Of a stretch of DNA of 64,000 nucleotides, positions 14,901 to 25,700 are shown piece after piece. The translations under genes and the position numbers were made by a program. The DNA comes from Macrostomum hystrix. Its lineage: Eukaryota; Animalia; Platyhelminthes. The stretch covers positions 2,356,001 to 2,420,000 of the forward strand of contig CATNEN010000030.1 of the NCBI GenBank assembly GCA_950097015.1, written 5' to 3'. Within the stretch, counting starts at the first letter, position 1. Each line of letters begins with the position of its first letter. The notes beneath the pieces are model-generated. The model did no database searches, had not been told where the DNA came from, and saw nothing but the letters and a program-made list of their open reading frames with translations.

Positions 14901-15743
14901 TTTGTTATCCACTTGGAAGGTAGGACACTTCGTCATCCAGCCAATTGGCATGCTTTAAAGTTTGGTCAGTTTGTCATCTGCTAATAACAAGCAATCAAGT
15001 TTGTCATTAATAAAGTGAGGGTGGGGTGGTGGGGCAGAGGTGTGAACACACTTAACACTCTAAATTGTCAAAAAGAGGTGTCATTTAACTGATTTCATTA
15101 TAAGAGTTGAAAGATAGGTGCCAACACGATCACGATGTGAGGAGGTGCGGAGGGGTGGTTCTGTTCTAACTTTGAAAACTTTTGTTTTATAGAGGACGAA
15201 GTGTCCACAAGTCTAAGTCTCTTCGTCATCCACCCTCTGAGATATTGGACAGATCGTCATCTAGATGACGAAGTTGTATTTAAGATGACGAAGTGTCCAG
15301 GTACCAATCAATTAGGCCTACCTTACTCACTTAGTAACTGCAAATATAAATAAATTGAGATGAAAAAGAAAATAATTTAAACAACAATTCTATTTAGCAG
15401 AAAAAATATAAATATTATAATTGAACAAAACTTACACATTGCCAAGTAGATTTTATGGATCTACCCTACCATGGAAGAACCAGCTTAGTGACAAAAATAT
15501 TTTGATGTTAATAGGCCTATGAAATCTGAAAGTCATTAAAGATAAGACATCGAGGATAAACATTTATTGGTCCTTAGCATCTTGATATTGCAGAAATCTT
15601 TCTTTGTTACACAAAAAAATTTTCTAAAGTAAACTTAACTTATTATATTATTATTATGGAAAACAGCTAGTTGACTTACCGACGACCTTCTTTTCCGTTT
15701 TGATCTCCGTGTTGTCAGCCTTTGCAGTCTCGTTGGTCGCCAT
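11923..15743 (-). CDS. YBX: Y-box (cold-shock domain) protein with RGG/RG-rich C-terminus
   Basis: Exons 15743-15680 (MATNETAK...EKKVV), 13764-13427 ([36 protein letters not shown]...[26 protein letters not shown]) and 12213-about 11923 ([20 protein letters not shown]...). The last codons depend on whether AAG|GTGCAA at about 11944 is used as a donor. Confidence 0.93.
12300..12560 (+). mobile_element. Penelope-like retroelement fragment (RT thumb/linker region)
   Basis: Frame reads [26 protein letters not shown]...E, matching the P..WK.GLI..L..RA..ICS...L..E motif of Penelope-like elements. Confidence 0.6.
12716..13018 (+). mobile_element. tRNA-derived CORE-type SINE, copy 3 (full length)
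   Basis: gtagccctgtggttagagc (A box), ggttcgattctc (B box), CORE-like gcaagactcttaactctgaattgcttgagttcacctagct, same 3' tail as copy 1. Confidence 0.85.
14872..15305. mobile_element. Non-autonomous Mutator-like MITE in Y-box intron 1
   Basis: Imperfect TIRs GGATCCTAGACACTTTGTCATCTTA versus GGTACCTGGACACTTCGTCATCTTA (reverse complement of the right end). Exact 9-bp TSD aatcaatta at 14863-14871 and 15306-15314. Internal ggacacttcgtcatc-like repeats. Confidence 0.82.
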
Positions 15744-16229
15744 GGCACAGCTCCCGGATGGTAAACCTTCTCTTTGATGTTAATAAAACAATGCCGATGT
15801 AACCCTTAGTTCTTAGGCATGTGTTGTCAATTTGCCATGAACTTAAAATCTAAGAGTTTACTACATTTAAAGGAGAAATGATTGAGCTGCACCACACTGT
15901 AAAACAAAACTTACACTTTTTGAGAAATAATGTTGATACAAAGGGCTCAGAGCCCAAAGTATTAAAAATATAATATTTTTTCTTTGCAGTCAGCTTAAAA
16001 GGCAGCGCAGAAATTTTTATTTTACGAATTTTTATGCATGTTATTCACAAGGACCACTAGGAGTCTACTCAATAGTGGTCCTTGGGCGTGACTTGTAAAT
16101 TTTTTTAAGGCTGTTTTGCACGGAAAAAAATCCTGGCAAGATTTTTGACATTACAGATTACATTTTTACACTATAAAATTAGTTTTGATGCAAAACACAT
16201 TGCAGCTGACAGGTAGACGCAGACAAAGC

Positions 16230-17960
16230 GCTCAGGCCAATGGCTTCAAGGTCAGAATTCAGAGTTTTAACTAGAGAGACAGTTTGTCCACGACCGCGCC
16301 TCAATGGGTCAGTGGGCTGGTGCAGCCGAGCAATGGCAAGCGGGTTGCCTCTCCGCGGTTGAAGCGCCTGAGGACGATAGACCAGCGCATAGACCAGCGA
16401 CGGTTCGACGCCTGTGACGGAGAATCGTGCTGACGGCAGAGCGCCCGTCCGTCTTGCCAGGTCACGGTTGGAGGTGGTCTCTGGGTAGTGGACGCCGATA
16501 GCATAGCGAAGAAGGGCTCCGTGTGAGGCGTCGATACTTCTTTCTTTCGATTGAGTCACGGGGACCGCCTCCAGGGCGTAGAGCAGGATATGGTTTCGAC
16601 GGCAGCATGAAAAATCTTCATCTTTAATTTGTCGGGGGCAGCAAAGAAAAAATCAGGCGCAGCTTGATGGCAGCTTGCCATTCTTGCGTCATTCCATCGG
16701 CGATGATGGTCTCAGGGTCATGACGAGAAAACCTAGGTAGCGATCGAAAGTCGACCTTGGCCATGATTTGCTCACCACTCGGGAGAGTCAGCGATGGGAA
16801 GAACCTTTCGGGTCCCACGTGAAGAACCTCGGGCGGGCATTGACCATGAGGCCAACTCTGGCGGCTTCTTCACAAAGTCTGGTGACGGTGCGTTGAGCAG
16901 TCCTTGAAGGTGAGAGCGATGTCGTCAGTGAACTCAAGTGCACTGAGGGTGACGGAAGGTGGCGCGGACCTCGACGAGTGGTCATGATGTAGCCATCTTC
17001 CTTAGCGCGCGTCACAGGATGTAGTCGACGAACAAGATAAAAAAGAAAAGGAGCCAAGGTATCACATTGAAGAACTCCTGAGGAGGTGCCAAATTCGGCC
17101 GTTGGCCGGTCAGGAGTCTGGACGAAGGCATGCGTGTCCATGTAGAGGTCAGATACAGCAGTGATCAGCGCAGCTGGAACCCCCGTACTGGGCCAGCAAC
17201 CAGGAGATAATCGAGCGCGCCACCGAGTCAAAAGCCTTCCGGAAGTCTATAAACACGATTGAGACGGCCTTATGACGAGTCATACAGGCTTCGATGATGA
17301 TGCGGAGGATGACGATCTGCTCGGTAGTAGATCTTCCTGGTCTGAAACCGTTTTGAACGCCAAGGAGCAGATGATCAAGGCCAGGGAGCCAGTGGGTAAC
17401 GAAGTATAGAGTTGAGCAGCTTGCAGAGAGTACACTGGAGAGCAATGCCACGCTGATCAAGGCTTATTGACGGGCCCTTTCTTAGCGTGAGCATCTGGGT
17501 TTCCTCGATGGATGGTGTGCTTATTTAGCAAGTTTGTAATGACGTTCAAGAACTCAGGGAGCTTGAGCACCCGAGGAGGAATTTTGTCAACACCAGCTGC
17601 GGCATCGGAGCGTGCAGTGGCCAACGCTTGACGGACTTCAGTGACAGAAATGGGCCCAATGGGCCCACAATGACAGCGTTTGGAGTTCCGCATCTGTTTT
17701 TAAGGCGATGGCCATCAACAGGTAGAGTGGCATTAAAGTCGCCATTGATGAAGACCAGGTCGCGAGATGAAATCGAGTCTAGGATGTTCCCTAAAATTTC
17801 GTACAGGATGTTCAGTTTCAGAAGGGTCGACAGTGGTGCGAGAGCTGGTCGGAGCATTGACACAGACGACATGAAGACGCCTGTCAGCGAGAGCGAAAGA
17901 GGCGTGGCCGATGCGGTCAGAAGGAGAATTGATGTCAAGAAGAGCTCTGTTTGCCGCAGG
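16230..17960 (-). mobile_element. Decayed non-LTR retrotransposon (APE endonuclease plus RT; RTE/RTEX-like)
   Basis: Frameshifted fragments: INGDFNA (APE), QNGFRPGRSTTEQI, VFIDFRKAFDSV and GVLQCDTLAPFLF (RT motifs). Confidence 0.88.
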
Positions 17961-18369
17961 GGACAGAAGGAAACATTAAAAAATCAATGTAAATTTTTTT
18001 CAAATAAGGACAAAAAACGTAGGACAACTTTTGATATACTGTTCAGGAGCTAAATTATTTCACCATAAAATGGTCTTCGTATGTATTTTCCACAAGAATA
18101 AAAATATGATGCGTGCGAATAGCGTTCAGATTAAAAATAATATCAGCAACAAACTGAATGCAAACGTTTTTACAGACATTTGATACCACTTGATTTCAAG
18201 CTGCTAGTTTTAAGAAAAAACGAGCATACACGAATACTTAAAGGAACATTAAATAATAATCAGCACGCAATACTATACGTGGCATGTATTATCACAGAAC
18301 TTACCGCTAATTTCTGTGTAATTACCTGTGTAAACAAATAGGTTTTGTATGTATTATACGAGTGTCATC

Positions 18370-18861
18370 CTAGCTACTAAAGCGAGCCACACATGTAGAG
18401 TTAAAGCTGGTGTTTAATCTCAGCTTGTACTCATAAGCATTTTTATTAGCAAAGTGTGACTGCAGCTGCACTTGATTCTGATTCGGCTCACAAGAGACAA
18501 ACTGCCGCAGCACCGCCGGGACGGAGGGGTGCAGCGCGCATTCGCTGATGCCATTCAGATACGGCGGCAGGTTGGCCTCCCATTGGACTTTGGACGACTC
18601 AACCGGACAGCAGACCGGGATGAAACTGCCCTGAGATTCGCATTGCTCCGTGTCAGTTGCTGCGGTCATGAAGCGGATTGATCTTTTTGTCAGCAAAGCG
18701 CCAGAGAGTGACGCTGATGGCAGATGCACTGGCCTTCGGGGGAGCCAGAGATACGTGTCGAAATGTACTTGGTCTATTGAGTTGGTGCCAGGAAGTAACA
18801 CGGCGATCAGAATACATACGCTGCATACGCCGCTGATTAGTTTGATTCGCAGTCCTTTCAT
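18370..18861 (-). CDS. Candidate small secreted Cys-containing protein, unverified
   Basis: ATG at 18861 gives MKGLRIKLISGVCSVCILIAVLLPGTNS (signal-like), a KR site and six later Cys in a GC-richer island. No recognisable family. Possible donor T|GTGAGC near 18490. Confidence 0.3.
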   Translation of the reverse strand: MKGLRIKLISGVCSVCILIAVLLPGTNSIDQVHFDTYLWLPRRPVHLPSASLSGALLTKRSIRFMTAATDTEQCESQGSFIPVCCPVESSKVQWEANLPPYLNGISECALHPSVPAVLRQFVSCEPNQNQVQLQSHFANKNAYEYKLRLNTSFNSTCVARFSS

Positions 18862-20979
18862 GCCTAATCTCAATAAATGGTCGGTGGTCAATTGACGCTG
18901 GTTAGGCTTCGAAATATGAGAAACTGATCTCGGTTCAAGGATAATTAGTAATTTTTATACAGTTTGCAAAAGAGGCCTACTATTAATAGCGACGGAAATC
19001 TCGCGGAATAATTATTAATTGCGCAGATCGGTACAACAATTCAACAACACGGTACAGAGTATAGTGACGAGATCAATATTGAAACTACCTTAGGTAGCAT
19101 GCAAGAATAGGCTAACAAGGGGCTTTCCCGCTGCATGGCTTTCCACGGAAATCCATGGCCTATTGCTGTTGCACATTGATCGAGATAAGGAAAATAAGGC
19201 TGACCTGCAGAATAAACTGTATGAAACAGAAAAAGTTTTCACGTGCGCATTCTTCTAAATTCGATCACCAAGTAGATGAGAGTTCCTTCTTGTGAAAGAC
19301 TACTCCAGGGTGGTATTTCGAAATACCCACTGCATGCCTACTTCACTTTCTCTCAAAAAATGAATACTTAGACTAACATTAATGGTCATTTTAGAAAGAT
19401 TAATATTAATAAGATATAAGCATTCAGAGCCAGCCTTCAACCTGCCTCAACAATCTAAAAATTGTCAAAAAAAAAAATAATTATTATTATTAAAAACTGT
19501 TGTTCTCAACCAGCCTTCTGCCCCCGTTTACTTATGCACCTGCCGCAGTAACGTGACTTCTGTTGTTCCTTGTTATTTTTAGAATGCGATATACAATATG
19601 AGTCAAACTCTTCCACTTGTTTTGTTTATAATGCTTGCCTACGTACGAGTGACGTCATAGCTTAAAATAGTTGCTAATTTTAGAAACAACTTGACTTCTC
19701 ACTCTGGCCCTTTAGACGGCCGTCGGTTGTGTAAGAAGCGACGGTGTCTCCCCGTACCCCATCGACCATGCAGACAGCAGTCCGTGTAATATGAATGCAA
19801 CTAATCAGAGATATTTAGATATTTCCTAGAATTCCTAGAACTCCTTACGAGGACAAGATCTGCACAGTAGAAAACGAAGTCCATATTCTCTTTTCTATTC
19901 TCTCTTTGCAAAAAAGTTAAGACAGAAAGACTATAAAGCATTATTCATAAAAAACGTTTCCCCAGTGTTCTATTGTTGACTTTCGTTTTTACTGCACCTC
20001 GATACAGTTGTGACTAATTACGATTTAAATGATTAGTCACATATTAAAAAATTTGCATCTTTATCGAGTGTGTAGTTAGTAACAGCACTAACAAAAATAA
20101 TAATAATGAAGCTTGTTTGAAAGCAGCTTTGACGCGTAACCAGGCCAAATAATCAGATGAAAATCAGAATAAACAATGATTACAATGCAGAAATAGTTCA
20201 TTTCAAATAGTTATTTTTAGATTGCAAGCCAATTCATTGTATATAATAAAACGCCTGCAGAATGTTGAGCACGTGGGGGTAGTGCTCGGCTGTTTAAGCG
20301 ACAAAGAGGACTCAAGCTGCTGAAGAACGTGCGTGTTAATACTACTGACAATAACAAGTAACTAATTTGGGCATTTCGCTTTTTGAAGTTCAATTTCGTT
20401 TTTAGAATTTAGAGGGGAAAAAAATCATATCTATACATAAAGTATAAATGACGTCAGAATTAAGTAAATATTTAATGACGAGCTCAAACTGTTGCACTTA
20501 AAGTACAAAAAATGGTTTGCACAAAAGGAAAAAAGACAATCAGACAGGCAAAAATACTCAAATTATTATCAAAACTACCGACTGAAATTTTGGACGACTG
20601 AAAATGACAACAGAGAAGTTAAAATAAGTTAAAATTACATCAATATACATGAAAGTATAAAATGCGATGTGCCATGTCTAGCGAAAAGAAGATAGTAAAT
20701 AAGAAAACTGCAAAATTAGCAAGAAAAACAAAGTAGAATTTCAGAATAAAATTTCTTATAGAAAATAGATTCAGTCATGTACAAACTATGCGAAATGCGC
20801 CCTTTGTACACTACTTTGGAAGTAGCAAAGCACGATAACAAGCCAGATTAGCAGCAAATTAGCATCACAGAAAATATGCATTTATACAGCTGTAAGATTA
20901 CATAGATACAAATAAGCGGATTATTTGAACTAAAAATACCTGTTTAAAACTACTTCAGTGAGCTGAGCCTTAATTTAAT

Positions 20980-22678
20980 CAGTCCTTCAGGAAGATGACA
21001 GCTACTCACTCAGTCCTTCAGGAAGCAGAGAGCTACTCACTTAGTCCTTCAGGAAGATGACAGCTACTCCCTCAGTCCTTCAGGAAGATGACAGCTACTC
21101 CCTCAGTCCTTCAGGAAGATGACAGCTACTCACTCAGTCCTTCAGGAAGCTGACAGCTACTACCTCAGTCCTTCAGGAAGCAGAGAGCTACTCCCTCAGT
21201 CCTTCAGGAAGATGACAGCTACTCACTCAGTCCTTCAGGAAGCAGAGAGCTACTCCCTCAGTCCTTCAGGAAGCTGACAGCTACTCCCTCAGTCCTTCAG
21301 GAAGATGACAGCTACTCACTCAGTCCTTCAGGAAGCAGAGAGCTACTCCCTCAGTCCTTCAGGAAGATGACAGCTACTCACTCAGTCCTTCAGGAAGATG
21401 ACAGCTACTCACTCAGTCCTTCAGGAAGATGACAGCTACTCACTCAGTCCTTCAGGAAGCTGACAGCTACTACCTCAGTCCTTCAGAAAGCAGAGAGCTA
21501 CTCCCTCAGTCCTTCAGGAAGATGACAGCTACTCACTCAGTCCTTCAGGAAGCAGAGAGCTACTCCCTCAGTCCTTCAGGAAGATGACAGCTACTCCCTC
21601 AGTCCTTCAGGAAGATGACAGCTACTCCCTCAGTCCTTCAGGAAGATGACAGCTACTCACTCAGTCCTTCAGGAAGATGACAGCTACTCACTCAGTCCTT
21701 CAGGAAGATGACAGCTACTCACTCAGTCCTTCAGGAAGATGACAGCTACTCCCTCAGTCCTTCAGGAAGATGACAGCTACTCACTCAGTCCTTCAGGAAG
21801 ATGACAGCTACTCACTCAGTCCTTCAAGAAGCTGACAGCTACTACCTCAGTCCTTCAGGAAGCAGAGAGCTACTCCCTCAGTCCTTCAGGAAGATGACAG
21901 CTACTCACTCAGTCCTTCAGGAAGCAGAGAGCTACTCCCTCAGTCCTTCAGGAAGCTGACAGCTACTCCCTCAGTCCTTCAGGAAGATGACAGCTACTCA
22001 CTCAGTCCTTCAGGAAGATGACAGCTACTCCCTCAGTCCTTCAGGAAGATGACAGCTACTCACTCAGTCCTTCAGGAAGATGACAGCTACTCCCTCAGTC
22101 CTTCAGGAAGATGACAGCTACTCACTCAGTCCTTCAGGAAGATGACAGCTACTCACTCAGTCCTTCAGGAAGATGACAGCTACTCACTCAGTCCTTCAGG
22201 AAGATGACAGCTACTCCCTCAGTCCTTCAGGAAGATGACAGCTACTCACTCAGTCCTTCAGGAAGATGACAGCTACTCACTCAGTCCTTCAAGAAGCTGA
22301 CAGCTACTACCTCAGTCCTTCAGGAAGCAGAGAGCTACTCCCTCAGTCCTTCAGGAAGATGACAGCTACTCACTCAGTCCTTCAGGAAGCAGAGAGCTAC
22401 TCCCTCAGTCCTTCAGGAAGCTGACAGCTACTCCCTCAGTCCTTCAGGAAGATGACAGCTACTCACTCAGTCCTTCAGGAAGATGACAGCTACTCACTCA
22501 GTCCTTCAGGAAGATGACAGCTACTCACTCAGTCCTTCAGGAAGATGACAGCTACTCCCTCAGTCCTTCAGGAAGATGACAGCTACTCCCTCAGTCCTTC
22601 AGGAAGCAGAGAGCTACTCACTGAGTCCTTCAGGAAGATGACAGCTACTCACTCAGTCCTTCAGGAAGCTGACAGCTA
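20980..22678. repeat. 31-bp minisatellite (cagtccttcaggaagatgacagctactcact), about 55 units
   Basis: Head-to-tail units with no spacers, starting about 60 bp past the XPR1 stop. Confidence 0.97.
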
Positions 22679-22739
22679 ATATATGAGTTCTTCAGTCCTC
22701 AAAGCCATCAGAACACACTGAAGCGATAGGATATTCAGG

Positions 22740-25700
22740 TTAAACATTAAATTCGGCTTTGTCAGAAATCACATAGGCATCTGCCATGGACAAATTAGCG
22801 AAACGAGACGGTGAGTAACTAGACTGCTGCTGCTGCTGCTTCTGGCCTTCAAAAATCGTATCTGAGTCTTCGCGACCGACTCCGACGACACTTCCGACGT
22901 CATTGCCGAGGCTTCCGAGACGGCCGCTGCGCCATCGTCCACTACCGCCGCCGCTGTAGCCGCTGCGAATGCTTCGAAAGCTACGAAACAATAGCAGCTG
23001 CGACTGCTGGCGACTCTGCTGCTGCTGCTGCTCCTCCTGTCGTCTCTTCTGCGAGGCCCTGTACAGATGGGGCGCGTACCGCTTCGGCGCAATCGGACTG
23101 GCCCGCCCGCTGCCCGCCGAGCCAGCATCTGAGCCGCCTTCGCCGCCGTCACCGCCACCGCCGGCGCCACCAAGGCTGCCGCTGCCAGCGAAGTTGCTGC
23201 CATTAAAGCCAGGATCGGTGTCTCTGGGCAAGTCAACCGGTTTGATGTTGATGTCCCGCACAGCCCGGAACTGGCCGCAATTGTTCAGGTGCTCGTTCTC
23301 CAGTCGGAAATAGTTCCAGATGAAACGACGCAGCACCTCTAGCACGGCCAGGACGCTTAGCAGCACCTGAATAAAGTGATTGCAACTGGGGGCTGTGAGC
23401 ACTGACGCATTAGTTAGCGAGGCATTCTAATGTTAATTAATTAATGAATAGTTAATCATTGATAGAGAACAACCGATCGTGCGAGTTTTAACAGTAGGAC
23501 TACCAAGCCAAGTTGCCACCCGTTTTTATACCAAGGGAGAATTTCCTCCGATAAACTTTTTCGGTAGCGCCTGAATGCTAACAGCGTTGGGTGGTGACTG
23601 ATTGGTTGACAGACAAAGCGATGGTGTACTGTGGTTGAGCTGCGCCTAATATTTAGGCTTGATCACTGAAATTAGAGAAATTCGCGTCAGGGTGTCCATA
23701 GTGGCCTATTTCTACCTGTTGTAGCCCTTGAAGGTCCAGCAAGTCCGTCTAGATAAAGGTAGGTGACCATCAAAGATGGAGATAAGGCAGGCACATTCGG
23801 GTGACACGCTGTTAAATTTTGAAGGCCTGGCAAGGCCGCACTGAGGCACAGTGCTAATTCGTGTTTAGGGGTGTATGAAATACACTAGCGCTTATGGGAA
23901 AAATCCGACCTTCTGCCAGAACCATTGAATATCTCGACGGTCTTAAGGGCTGGCGACTTGATTATTGTTTCAGAAGATTCCAAACAAAAAGTTGGCTGGT
24001 GTTCTTGAGTTTCGTGTGCTTGCGTTTCTCAGTTCGGGTGCAGCACAAAAATGGTCAGAAAAATCCCCCTTGGTAGTTCTACTGATAAATTAGCCAGCTT
24101 CGTAAGAATACGAACTCGTTGTGTTTAAAGGCCACGGCAACAAAGTCTTCATCATCTCCAAATTGATTGCGAAAATAAACAATCAAGTCCCGAAAGACTG
24201 CAAGTATTTCAAAGACAATTAAGAGACACTGGAGACAAAAACAAGAAGACACTCATTAAAATACTCACTGGGAAAAATGTATCCCATACGAAAATCACAG
24301 ACCCCAAGTTCGGAAGAAGCTTGCGTGATGTTAATAGCTGCGAGATCTAAAGTCTCAGATGAAGACAGAACTTTGCAAAATAGAATGCAGAACAGAAGAA
24401 GAAAACGAAGCTGATAATCCAAAATTCGGTAATCCAAATTAGAATCCAATTAAATTTAAAAGCCAATCCGTGTACTCAAATCCAACAATTCCCTAGTGCC
24501 TGCGTGTGCTCAGGAGTCAGCAGAATGGGCAGATGTTCCATCTCGGCAGATAAGTCAAAATTGCGGTAGTTTTAATTCCGAAACACCTACCTGGTAGCTG
24601 CCCTCGGTCAGGTAGGATCTCAAGAATATTGCAGACAACCCGGACAGGCGAATGACAAGATTCTCCAGCATCGCGGCATAATAGAACCAGGTCCTGTTGT
24701 ACACCAGATCATCGCGCAATAACTGACCCTCTTTGGGCCGGTAGAGAAGGCCCCAGTCCATGAAGATGTCCCAGGCGTAGCCATAGGCTGAGGCTAGCAC
24801 GAACAAGCTGATGTGGATCGGCAGTATGACTGAGTCTGACGGGTGAAGGGTAATCAGGAACATATTGACTGATAGTTTCTTAGAGACTTAGTCTCAGATA
24901 CGAAATAAACTGCAATTAACTTACTGCCGGCAGTCTGATGCGCCACAGCACCAGCCGTAACAAAGAAGGTCATGCTGTACTTGCCGGCATTGACCAGGTG
25001 GGGAAATGCGTGCCTCTCAGGCATGTCCCAGTAGCGACGCAGGCACTGGACGAAGCGGAACCAGGCAGGCAGGCAGCCGAATAAGGGAGCGAGGCCGTAG
25101 GCCAGGCTGGAGCAGGAGTCCGCTGAGATGTGTGAGTTGAGCGAGTGAGTTGATGGATCTAGACATTTATCCCATTTCCAGAAGCCCTTTCCTTGATTTG
25201 AAACATCCGTTTCTAAAGTTTTATCACCTGTCCTATTATTAAAAACAATAACAAGAAAAAATTTAAATCATAGACTTTAAAACCGCATTCTTAGAGCCAC
25301 AATTGGCATTCCTAGATTCCAAACCCACACATTCCTAGAATCCAAATCAGCATTCCTAGAATCCAGACCCGCATTCCTAGAATCCAAACGCATATTCCTA
25401 GAATCCAAATGCGCATTCCTAGAATCCAGACCCGCATTCCTAGAATCCAGACCCGCATTCCTAGAATCCAAATCCACATTCCTAGAATCCAAATCCACAT
25501 TCCAGGAATTTATATCTACATTCCTAGAATTTAAATCCGCATTCCTACAATCTAAATCCGCATTCCTAGAATCTAAATCCGCATTCCTACAATCTAAATC
25601 CGCATTCCTAGAATCTAAATCCGCATTCCTAGAATCTAAATCCGCATTCCTATAATCCAAATCCACATTCCTAGAATCCAGACCGCATTCCTAGAATCCA

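Noticed and set aside
20980-22678. CRISPR-like 31-bp repeats
   Set aside because: Units are head to tail with no unique spacers, there are no cas genes, and the context is eukaryotic.
22740-23200. Gly/Gln/Ser-rich XPR1 C-terminal extension as a novel domain
   Set aside because: A low-complexity tail of a conserved gene; such expansions are common and not informative.
24130-24450. Possible CR1/L2 C-terminal fragment (TRRHSLKY)
   Set aside because: A single short motif with a nearby stop; too little to call.
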